Source: Candidatus Latescibacterota bacterium (GTDB taxonomy: Bacteria > Latescibacterota > UBA2968 > GCA-2709665). Taken from it: a stretch of DNA of 64,000 nucleotides. The position numbers and the translations under genes were made by a program. Below the pieces are notes generated by a model, which searched no databases, was not told the DNA's origin, and worked only from the letters and a program-made list of their open reading frames with translations. Location of the stretch: the NCBI GenBank assembly GCA_965205485.1, contig OZ242180.1, forward strand, positions 1,568,001-1,632,000, read 5' to 3'. This document shows, in pieces, positions 40,979-48,811 of this stretch (positions are counted from its first letter, which is position 1; each line of letters begins with the position of its first letter).

Positions 40979-42515
40979 TTTTAAATTTGTCGGTAATGTC
41001 CAGGTTTCGCTTACGGGAAACCATCCGGTACGCGTCAACGGACAGGTCGGGATCGTTCTCCACGCTCAGCCAGACGCGGGTGGATCGACGCAGCCTCTTG
41101 AGGCGTTCGCGGCGGTTTTCGAGGATGAAGTCTCCCACCGTGGGGTTGACGTGTACGGTAAGCCTGCGTTCCACCGAGGCGGCCCGGGACCGCTTGAGCC
41201 ACCGCTCGATGCGCGCGAGCGTGGACTCCCGGCTGGGCACGCGCCCGCTGCCGTGACAGTCCGGACAGGTCTCGCTGAAGGTGAACATAAGGCTCGGGCG
41301 AACCCGCTGCCGCGTCATCTCCATAAGGCCGAACTCGCTGATCTCCGAGAAACGGGGCCTGGACCGGTCCCGGCGCACGGCCTGCCGGAATTCATTCTCT
41401 ACCTTCTTGCGGTTCTGGGTGACGGCCATGTCGATGAAATCGATCACGATGATGCCCCCGATATCGCGCAGGCGAAGCTGGCGCGCGATCTCCCTGGCGG
41501 CCTCGAGGTTGATTTTCAGTACGTTTTCTTCCTGATTCGACCGGCCCACGAATCGGCCGCTGTTCACGTCGATGGCAAACAGGGCCTCGGTGTGGTCCAG
41601 AACCAGGTATCCGCCGCCCTTCAGCCAGACCTTGCGGTCAGAACATTTCTCGATTTCACTTTCAACACCGAATGCGTCGAAGACGGGCGTGCTGTCTCTG
41701 TGGTATTCCACACGTTCCCGAAGATGGGGCGAAGTCGATTTAAGATATGCCAGTATCTTCTTGTATTCCTGCTTTGCGTCGACCACAAGACGGTCCACGT
41801 CGTCGGTAAACAGATCGCGTATGAGACTCGACGTCATGCCCATTTCTTTGTGCAATATGCTGGCCGGATCGGCGACCCTGTACTGTTTCTGAATGCGCGA
41901 CCAGGCGTTCATCAACTGCTTCAGGTCCCGCACCATCTCCCGGTCGCCCTTGCCGGAGGCTTCGGTCCGCACGATGATGCCGTAACCTTCGGGGCGTATG
42001 TCTCGCCCGAGATCCTTCAGCCTCCGTTTTTCGGGTATGTTGGTGATCTTCCGGGAAACGCCCACCTTCTCCCCGTTGGGCACCAGCACCATGAACCGGC
42101 CCGGCAGGGAGGGTACCGCCGTAACCCTGGGGCCCTTCGTGCCAATGGGTTCCTTCTTGACCTGAACGAGGACCTCCTGGCCCTTCTGGATGAGTTCTTC
42201 TATGGGGATGACCGATTTGCCGTTTACGTGGGTTCGCGTGTCGATTTCCTCAAGGGTTTCATCGTTCAGTCCCACCATCGAACCGGGCGAACCGGGCATG
42301 TCCGAGGCGTGCAGAAAAGCGCTTTTTTCAAGCCCGATATCCACAAATGCGGCCTGCATTCCGGGAAGCACCGCGGAAACGGTTCCCTTGTAGATATCGC
42401 CCACCATGCGCTCGTTCTCGGCGCATTCGACGAGTATTTCCACCAGCTTTCCATCTTCCAGAACGGCAATTCTTGAATCGTGCGACCCTACGTTGATTAC
42501 GATTTCGTTCTTCAC
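40974..42515 (-). CDS. rng: Ribonuclease E/G family
   Basis: S1 domain, KEPIGTKGPR, IDVNSG, DFIDM, CPDCHGSG; start GTG 42515 or ATG 42536. Confidence 0.93.
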   Translation of the reverse strand: MKNEIVINVGSHDSRIAVLEDGKLVEILVECAENERMVGDIYKGTVSAVLPGMQAAFVDIGLEKSAFLHASDMPGSPGSMVGLNDETLEEIDTRTHVNGKSVIPIEELIQKGQEVLVQVKKEPIGTKGPRVTAVPSLPGRFMVLVPNGEKVGVSRKITNIPEKRRLKDLGRDIRPEGYGIIVRTEASGKGDREMVRDLKQLMNAWSRIQKQYRVADPASILHKEMGMTSSLIRDLFTDDVDRLVVDAKQEYKKILAYLKSTSPHLRERVEYHRDSTPVFDAFGVESEIEKCSDRKVWLKGGGYLVLDHTEALFAIDVNSGRFVGRSNQEENVLKINLEAAREIARQLRLRDIGGIIVIDFIDMAVTQNRKKVENEFRQAVRRDRSRPRFSEISEFGLMEMTRQRVRPSLMFTFSETCPDCHGSGRVPSRESTLARIERWLKRSRAASVERRLTVHVNPTVGDFILENRRERLKRLRRSTRVWLSVENDPDLSVDAYRMVSRKRNLDITDKFKT

Positions 42516-42556
42516 TCTCACCTGACCCTTCGTCATTTATATACATCTTATATTAT

Positions 42557-42582
42557 TTTTTGTTACACAAATGTAACAAAAA
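42557..42582. promoter_or_regulatory. Perfect 11-bp inverted repeat (operator or terminator)
   Basis: TTTTTGTTACA-CAAA-TGTAACAAAAA. Confidence 0.5.
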
Positions 42583-42663
42583 CGCGTACTATAGGCAAGG
42601 AAATTGTTCCGGCGCAGTGACATATGCGCGACATCGGGTCGTTCGAACAGTGTGTCGAGACCC

Positions 42664-43401
42664 CTACTCTGCAACGACCCGCCTTGGAAAGATCGTGATC
42701 TCCTCGACGATCGCGCGGCCGGGCAACTGCGCGACCATCAGCGCGGCGGCGGCGATATCTTCCGGCGGGAGCGCGGCCGCCCGTTTCTCGTCGGAGACAG
42801 GATTGGGGCGAAGATCCAGGATGGGCGTGTCGACCTCCCCGGGAAAGATGCAGCACGCCCGGATGCCGGTCTCTCGGAACTCCGCGTTGATGGACTGGTT
42901 CAGGGCGGCCATTCCGAACTTGGACGCACAATAGGCAACGCCCGCGATCATGCCGGACCGCTTCCCGGCCATGGAAGAGATATTGATGACCAGCCCGTCG
43001 CCCTGTTTCTCCATGTGCGGCATGACGGCCCGGAATGCATTGAAGGCGCCGGTGAGATTGATGTCGACCACGCGGTCCCAGTCCTCGTCGGATATGTCTC
43101 TAAGGCCGCGCTGCAGGGTGTTGATGCCGGCGTTGTTTACCAGGATATCGATTCGCCCGAAATGCTCGACGGTCTGGTCCGAGAGGGACTTGACGGAGTC
43201 CCTGCAGGTTACGTCGGCCTGTACGCACAGCTTCTCCGTCCGTGAATTGCGCACGGACCCGGCGGTTTCTTCCAGCACGTCGGCGCGGCGGCCGGCGAGG
43301 ACGCAATTCATGCCTGCATTGCTGAAGGCAACGGCGATGGCGCGGCCGATGCCCGTGCCCGCACCGGTGATAATGGCGGTTTTGACGTGAGTATCCGTCA
43401 T
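42664..43401 (-). CDS. SDR family oxidoreductase
   Basis: TGAGTGIG, NNAG, YCASK; the upstream ORF extension is antisense to moeA. Confidence 0.9.
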   Translation of the reverse strand: MTDTHVKTAIITGAGTGIGRAIAVAFSNAGMNCVLAGRRADVLEETAGSVRNSRTEKLCVQADVTCRDSVKSLSDQTVEHFGRIDILVNNAGINTLQRGLRDISDEDWDRVVDINLTGAFNAFRAVMPHMEKQGDGLVINISSMAGKRSGMIAGVAYCASKFGMAALNQSINAEFRETGIRACCIFPGEVDTPILDLRPNPVSDEKRAAALPPEDIAAAALMVAQLPGRAIVEEITIFPRRVVAE

Positions 43402-43693
43402 TGGATGTTGAACTCCGAACGCGATGGAAGATGAGGCCCCTGCAGCAGAAACGGGGTCGGAATCGGCTTCGTGTTCCACTGACCGGAGCGATTGCGTGGC
43501 AGTTGGGCGGCAACCCGGAATTCTGCGCTTCCCTCCGATATTAATGTAGGCATTCCATGGGTTAATGTCAAATGACGGCCCCGGAGGAACGGCGTTGGCG
43601 TTGAACTGGTTGGCAAATTCCATTTGGAAGTGACATTTGTGCGGGGTTTGTATATATTTATCGACCGACGCTACGCATTGCGGGGGACCAGCG

Positions 43694-44920
43694 ATGGACA
43701 TGATCACCATGGACGAGGCGATTGACCTCGTCCTGAGGCATACGTCGCCGATCGACAGAACAAACGTCGGCCTGATGGACGCTTTGGGGTGTACGCTCGC
43801 GGAAGACGTGCGATCGGACATCGACATGCCTCCGTTCGACAAAGCAACGATGGACGGCTTCGCGGTGGTCGGCGAGGACGTGGCGGACGCACAACAGCAA
43901 CGTCCCGCCGTCCTCGACGTGATCGAAGAGATTCCCGCCGGATTCGTTCCTCTAAAGAAGGTGGCACCCGGCCAGGCCGCCCGGATTATGACCGGCGCGC
44001 CGATGCCCGATGGCGCGGATACCGTCGTCATGGTGGAAGATACCGTTTCGGAACGGGACGGAGAGGGTGTGCGAGTGCTGGCGCCGACGGAGCCGGGACG
44101 CAACGTCGCGCCGCTCGGGGAGGACGTAAGGCGCAATCAGGTGGTACTTGAAGCCGGAACGTGGATCCGCCCTCCTGAGATCGGAATCCTGGCGGCGGTG
44201 GGCGTGGTCGACGTGCCGGTCTATCGCCGCCCCGTGGTGGGTGTGGTCGCCACCGGCAGCGAGATCGTGGAGCCCGGAAACAGCCCGGCGGAGGGGCAGA
44301 TCCGGAACAGCAACGGATATTCGATGATGGCGCAGGCGCTCCGGTCCGGCGCACAGACGCGGTATCTGGGCATTGTTGAAGACGACGAGGACGCCCTGAA
44401 GGCCGTGATTTCCCGCGGTCTGGACGAGTGCGACGTGGTCCTGCTTTCCGGGGGCGTATCGGCCGGGATTTACGACCTCGTGCAGGGCGCGATGCGGGAT
44501 TGCGGCGTGGAGATTTATTTCGATAGAATCCGGATGAAGCCGGGCAAGCCCCTCACCTTCGGCGCGCGCGGAAACAAGCTCGTCTTCGGGCTGCCGGGAA
44601 ATCCGGTCTCGGCGGTGGTGGGCCTGGAACTGCTGGTCCGCCCGGCCGTTCGAAAGATGCAGAGGATGTCGGGGATCCACCGGCCGATGGTACGGGGCAG
44701 GCTGGCGCAGGGGTTCCGGCAGTCGCCCGGGCGCAAGCAGTTCGTGCCGGCCCGGTCCGGGGAAGTCAACGGACGCTGGGAGAGCAACTGGGTGGGCCAC
44801 CACGGATCGGCGGACCTGTTTTCGCTATCGCGGGCGAACAGCCTCTTTGTGGTTGAGGCCGAAGTGGACACGCTCGACGCCGGCGCGGAAGTGGACATCG
44901 TGCTGCTGGAAGAATGGTAG
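43694..44920 (+). CDS. moeA: Molybdopterin molybdotransferase
   Basis: PPFDKATMDGFA, IMTGAPMP, SGGVSAG, KPGKP, GLPGNPVS. Confidence 0.96.
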   Translation: MDMITMDEAIDLVLRHTSPIDRTNVGLMDALGCTLAEDVRSDIDMPPFDKATMDGFAVVGEDVADAQQQRPAVLDVIEEIPAGFVPLKKVAPGQAARIMTGAPMPDGADTVVMVEDTVSERDGEGVRVLAPTEPGRNVAPLGEDVRRNQVVLEAGTWIRPPEIGILAAVGVVDVPVYRRPVVGVVATGSEIVEPGNSPAEGQIRNSNGYSMMAQALRSGAQTRYLGIVEDDEDALKAVISRGLDECDVVLLSGGVSAGIYDLVQGAMRDCGVEIYFDRIRMKPGKPLTFGARGNKLVFGLPGNPVSAVVGLELLVRPAVRKMQRMSGIHRPMVRGRLAQGFRQSPGRKQFVPARSGEVNGRWESNWVGHHGSADLFSLSRANSLFVVEAEVDTLDAGAEVDIVLLEEW

Positions 44921-44993
44921 CTCGAAACTGACTTTACTTAATTGGCGATCTGACCGAATTAACTGGGGTTAAAGGATCTTTCGGACAATTGGC

Positions 44994-45464
44994 ATGGCGA
45001 GTCTGACCCACATTGCCGACGATGGGACCGTAAGGATGGTGGACGTCACCGGGAAAGCCGTGACCGACCGTGTGGCGGTTGCGGGCGGTGAAATCGTCAT
45101 GGCGCCGGAGACCGCGCGGCTGGTTTCCGGTGGCGAACTGCCCAAGGGAAACGTGCTGGAAACCGCCAGGATAGCCGGGATCATGGCGGCCAAGCGGACG
45201 TGGGAACTGATTCCGCTCTGCCATCCGGTCGATCCCACGGGCATCGAACTCAGTTTTGTGGTGGGGCAGGATCGAATCGAGGCGGAAGCCAGCGTGCGCG
45301 TGACAGGCAAGACCGGCGTGGAGATGGAAGCGCTGACGGCCGTGAGCGCGGCGCTGCTGACCGTCTACGACATGTGCAAGGCCGTGGACAAGGACATGGC
45401 CATCCGGAACATCCGCCTCCTGAGAAAAACCGGCGGCCGCAGCGGGGATTACGTTCGGACGTAG
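44994..45464 (+). CDS. moaC: Cyclic pyranopterin monophosphate synthase
   Basis: MVDV, LIPLCHP, TGVEMEAL, YDMCKAVD. Confidence 0.98.
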   Translation: MASLTHIADDGTVRMVDVTGKAVTDRVAVAGGEIVMAPETARLVSGGELPKGNVLETARIAGIMAAKRTWELIPLCHPVDPTGIELSFVVGQDRIEAEASVRVTGKTGVEMEALTAVSAALLTVYDMCKAVDKDMAIRNIRLLRKTGGRSGDYVRT

Positions 45465-45614
45465 GTTTTATTGAAACCAATCAACCGCCGAGTCGTCTTG
45501 TGTCGCCGCGTGGTCATTGGCTGTGCTGAGCCTGTCGAAGCAAGCTTGTCGAAATACCCGCGTTACGCTATCCTTTCAATGCCACTCGACAGCCCCTCGC
45601 CGACTCCTGTCCTT

Positions 45615-45639
45615 GTAGGGGCGTCCCTCGTGGGCGCCC
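45615..45639 (+). repeat. GTAG-type REP
   Basis: GTAGGGGCGTCCCTCGTGGGCGCCC. Confidence 0.7.
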
Positions 45640-45668
45640 GCCTCTGGCGACGGTCCGGACACGACAAT

Positions 45669-45744
45669 GCGCCCATAGCTCAATAGGCAGAGCAGCTGAC
45701 TCTTAATCAGAAGGTTCGGGGTTCGATTCCCTGTGGGCGCACCA
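45669..45744 (+). tRNA. tRNA-Lys(CTT)
   Basis: 76-nt cloverleaf: GCGCCCA acceptor stem, anticodon loop CTCTTAA, GTTCGATT T-loop, encoded CCA. Confidence 0.97.
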
Positions 45745-45780
45745 ATATTCGGCCGTCTCCTGCGACGGCCCGACGATGAA

Positions 45781-45819
45781 GACAAGACCCCGTCGGGAAA
45801 ATTCCGCCGGGGTCTTGTC
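45781..45819 (+). terminator. Hairpin after the tRNA
   Basis: GACAAGACCCCG...CGGGGTCTTGTC; weak U-tract. Confidence 0.55.
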
Positions 45820-45945
45820 GAATCCGACGACTTACCGCATGTGCAGGTTTCAAACGCGCTACCGCACTCAAGGGTTTTGCAAGTAATCACAACTGTCCAC
45901 CATCGTCTTTTCCAACCGCTTTCACGACATGATCCACCCGTAACC

Positions 45946-46123
45946 GGAGCGAGGGCATCCTGCCCTCGAACTTCGCGTCGAGCGACTGACGCGTACATTA
46001 AATCCGACACCGGTTCTCGGAAAACACCGTGTGCGACGAGTTATCCGACGTCGAGGGCAGGATGCCCTCGCTCCAGGGAACGCCAACCACACCGGTCCCA
46101 GATCGGCTCTTGTCCTGGACAGC
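45946..46123. repeat. GGAG-type REP doublet (REPIN-like) plus conserved tail, left copy
   Basis: GGAGCGAGGGCATCCTGCCCTCGA (45946) and its exact reverse complement (46051-46074), then tail agggaacgccaacc..ggacagc. Confidence 0.85.
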
Positions 46124-46255
46124 CGTGGCCAATCGAGGGGACGTGCATTGGCACTTTGGAACGACTATCAAGTAAATCAGGTACTTACGCATCCAAGATC
46201 GTCTTTTCCAAACTATCTCGAACAGCAGTGATCAGTAATAGGTTAAGGTACCGCA

Positions 46256-46547
46256 ATGCAATTTCGCTATCCCGCCCGGCTTCAACCTGATCTCTCCGGC
46301 GAGATCACCGTCTCATTTCGGGACTTTCCGGAAAGTCTCACCTCCGGCGCCGACGAGTCCGCAGCCCTGATGGAAGCCCGCGACGCGCTCGAAGAAGCCG
46401 TCGCGGGACGCATTGACGATGGCGAGCCCATCCCGGCGCCCAGTCGCCGGCGCGCCGGCGAGCATTACGTTGCAGTTCCACCCGATATGGCTGCGAAAGC
46501 GGCGTTCGCTCGGTCGTAAACTGATCGTGGAGATCCCCGCGGCGTAA
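46256..46547 (+). pseudogene. hicB: HicB antitoxin with internal deletion/frameshift; no hicA
   Basis: YPARL..VSFRDFPE..A.DAL..IPAPS; stop at 46519, typical tail LGRKLIVEIPAA* in another frame, HTH missing. Confidence 0.75.
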
Positions 46548-46658
46548 CGGGTGTGAGAGCGTAGCGGGCTTGGAGACCCTCATCGGCTACGCAATCTACC
46601 CGGAACTGGTATGCATATTGGAAGCCAATCAAATACCGCAACATCCCGACACACTAAC

Positions 46659-46692
46659 TTGACATAGCATATATTCCGTGTTATTATGCTAT
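46659..46692 (+). promoter_or_regulatory. higBA promoter with overlapping operator
   Basis: TTGACA-17-TATTAT with TG extension; ATAGCATA/TATGCTAT dyad; ATG 6 nt past the -10 box (leaderless). Confidence 0.7.
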
Positions 46693-46693
46693 C

Positions 46694-46987
46694 ATGATTC
46701 AATCGTTTCGGCGTATGGGCACTGAGGACATCTTCAATGGGAGGGACACACGCGCGGCGCGTAGTACCTGTCCATTGCCATTGTGGAACGTAGCTGCACG
46801 CAAGCTTGAACAATTGGACTCTGCGGACGAACTCCGTGACCTCAGGAGTCCACCCGGTAACCATCTCGAGGTCTTGAAACGCGAGAGATCCGGGCAACAG
46901 AGTATCCGGATAAATGACCAATATCGAATTTGCTTTGTGTGGACGGATGCTGGTCCCGATAATGTGGAAATCGTCGACTATCACTAA
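46694..46987 (+). CDS. higB: HigB (RelE-family) toxin
   Basis: MIQSF..ARKL..DLRSPPGNHLE..SIRINDQYRICF..EIVDYH. Confidence 0.93.
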   Translation: MIQSFRRMGTEDIFNGRDTRAARSTCPLPLWNVAARKLEQLDSADELRDLRSPPGNHLEVLKRERSGQQSIRINDQYRICFVWTDAGPDNVEIVDYH

Positions 46988-47009
46988 CAAATAATCGGAG
47001 GTGTGGACT

Positions 47010-47321
47010 ATGGTACGTATTCCAACCCATCGTGTCCCGACTCATCCGGGTGAGATGTTACTGGAGGAATTCCTGAATCCAATGCGTTTGACACAGCGCG
47101 AATTGGCTACCGCCATTCATGTTCCCTATCAACGGGTCAACGAACTGGTGAATGGCAGACGTGGTATCACTCCCGGCACAGCCTTGCGCTTGGGTAAATA
47201 TTTCAACGTGTCAGCAACATTTTGGCTGAATCTCCAGCTACGTTGGGATCTGTATCACGCGACACGGTCCGAAGCAGAGAAACTGAAGGCTATTGCACCA
47301 CGTGGTTTGGACCTTGTGTAG
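47010..47321 (+). CDS. higA: HigA antitoxin
   Basis: HPGEMLLEEFL, GRRGIT..ALRL..FWLNLQ..WDL. Confidence 0.93.
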   Translation: MVRIPTHRVPTHPGEMLLEEFLNPMRLTQRELATAIHVPYQRVNELVNGRRGITPGTALRLGKYFNVSATFWLNLQLRWDLYHATRSEAEKLKAIAPRGLDLV

Positions 47322-47339
47322 GTGCGTCCAAATGACAAC

Positions 47340-47373
47340 AAATGTCGGCTAATAATTATAACTGCCGACATTT
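47340..47373. promoter_or_regulatory. AbiEi autoregulatory inverted repeat
   Basis: AAATGTCGGC-N14-GCCGACATTT just upstream of abiEi. Confidence 0.65.
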
Positions 47374-47401
47374 TGTTTCGATTTACGGATGATTGAACCA
47401 C

Positions 47402-47995
47402 ATGGAAATTGCTCAACTACAAAAAGCCGGCCTGGGTGCCTATTTTCGACCGAGAGATCTCGCACAGTTTGGGATATCACATCGGAAACTCACGGGTCTT
47501 GTCGCTGAAGGTCTCGTCGAGAGTCTCGGAAACGGCCTTTACCGAATCTCCGAGGTTGAACCGACAGAGGCAGAAACGATCGCAATGGTGGCCGCCGCCA
47601 TACCGAACGCCATTGTGTGCCTGCTGACGGCGCTTCGCTTCCATGAAATCGGTACACAGTCGCCTCATGAGATCTGGATCGCTCTGGATCGAAAAGCCCG
47701 AAAACCCACCCGTGCGCCCGCCCGGGTACGTGTAGTCCGTTTTTCCGGCGCGATGCTAACCTATGGCGTAATCCGCCAGTCGGCGCTTGGGGTGCCGTAC
47801 CGTATCACTTCGCCGGCTCGAACCGTCGTGGATTGTTTCCGCTATCGCAACAAGATTGGACTCGATATAGCGCTTGAGGCGCTTGGGGATGCGCTGCGAA
47901 CGCGTGCTGTCACAGTGGACGAGGTTGTACGAGCTTCTGAAGTCTGCCGCGCGCAAACGGTTATGCGGAGCTACCTGGAGGCGCTTCTGGTATGA
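47402..47995 (+). CDS. abiEi: Type IV TA antitoxin AbiEi family
   Basis: N-terminal wHTH GNGLYR, CLLTALRFHEI, SPARTVVDCFRYRNKIGLDIALEAL. Confidence 0.9.
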   Translation: MEIAQLQKAGLGAYFRPRDLAQFGISHRKLTGLVAEGLVESLGNGLYRISEVEPTEAETIAMVAAAIPNAIVCLLTALRFHEIGTQSPHEIWIALDRKARKPTRAPARVRVVRFSGAMLTYGVIRQSALGVPYRITSPARTVVDCFRYRNKIGLDIALEALGDALRTRAVTVDEVVRASEVCRAQTVMRSYLEALLV

Positions 47996-48033
47996 CACGC
48001 CAAAAGCGACGCAATGTCGGCAGGTCCCGCTGA
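47992..48033 (+). pseudogene. N-terminal stump of the AbiEii toxin
   Basis: ATGA overlap with the abiEi stop, GGAGG RBS; MTRQKRRNVGRSR* resembles the usual AbiEii start (..RNVAASVR..). Confidence 0.55.
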
Positions 48034-48082
48034 ACGCTGCCGAACCCATGACTACACGATGCGTTTGACAGGACAAGGAGGA

Positions 48083-48262
48083 ATGCCCGTGGCTGATATC
48101 CGGAGAATCCGGCATCACAAACAGCAGTCGATCGACGAACGGCTGGATGATCTTCGACGGCGTGGTATCCTGGCGCCATCTGAAGCGCCACGTCAGGCCC
48201 TCAAGCCGGTGGCGCGACGGCCGGGCGCGCTGGCACGGTTCCTTGCACAGCGGGGCGAATGA
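48083..48262 (+). pseudogene. C-terminal fragment of a Phd/YefM-type antitoxin; no toxin follows
   Basis: PVADIRRI..ERLDDLRRRGIL..PVARRPGALARFL. Confidence 0.5.
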
Positions 48263-48541
48263 GGGTTGCAGTTTTGACAATATCCTTCCAGCCACGCCGT
48301 CCGACCTGAACTGGCTTGCTTATATGATGCCGGTTCTTTTCTTGCTCGCGCTTCTTTATTACATTATTAGTGTATTTGGCCCATATCGATAGTAAGCGAC
48401 TTTCTTATTTTCGCCTTCGCAAATAACGCGCGGTTATGGCGAGAGGTATCGAAAAGAGGGCAGTGCGATGAACGTAAGGCGTAAAGCTGCATGCGACCGC
48501 AGGCAATCTGCACTCTATCACGGCACGATTGATGAATATCA

Positions 48542-48773
48542 GGAGCGAGGGCAACCTGCCCTCGAACTTCGAGCGACCCATCAATGCCCGAACCAATGCC
48601 TTAATGTCTCCTTTGGATCCGATTTCATATTGAAAATGACGGCGACGGAGCCTCGCGGATTAGCCGTCGAGGGCAGGATGCCCTCGCTCCAGGGAACGCC
48701 AACCCGACCGGTCCATCTCGCTCCAGGGAACGCCAACCCGACCGGTCCCACGTCGGTTTCAGTCTTGGACAGC
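48542..48773. repeat. GGAG-type REP doublet plus tail, right copy, with a 32-bp internal duplication
   Basis: Same arms and tail as 45946-46123 in the same orientation; duplication at 48683-48714 and 48717-48748. Confidence 0.85.
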
Positions 48774-48811
48774 AGTGATTTCATACTCAACCTGAATTTG
48801 CAAGGGCAGCG

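Noticed and set aside
40971..42476. 501-aa plus-strand ORF, and similar long ORFs opposite ccmF, dnaK, gpmI and hemE/H
   Set aside because: Antisense to well-supported genes; a codon-bias artefact.
43402..43693. Moco riboswitch upstream of moeA
   Set aside because: No recognisable conserved structure by eye; an Rfam scan would be needed.
43402..44136. Apparent 490-aa SDR fusion
   Set aside because: The extra half is antisense to moeA and intergenic DNA.
46580..46990. 136-aa minus-strand ORF
   Set aside because: Antisense to higB.
48324..48392. 22-aa hydrophobic peptide (MMPVLFLLALLYYIISVFGPYR) as a type I toxin
   Set aside because: No RBS or antisense RNA signal; T-rich DNA readily encodes such peptides.
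48683..48748. 32-bp direct repeat as a CRISPR
   Set aside because: Only two units separated by 2 nt; no spacers or cas genes. It is a local duplication.
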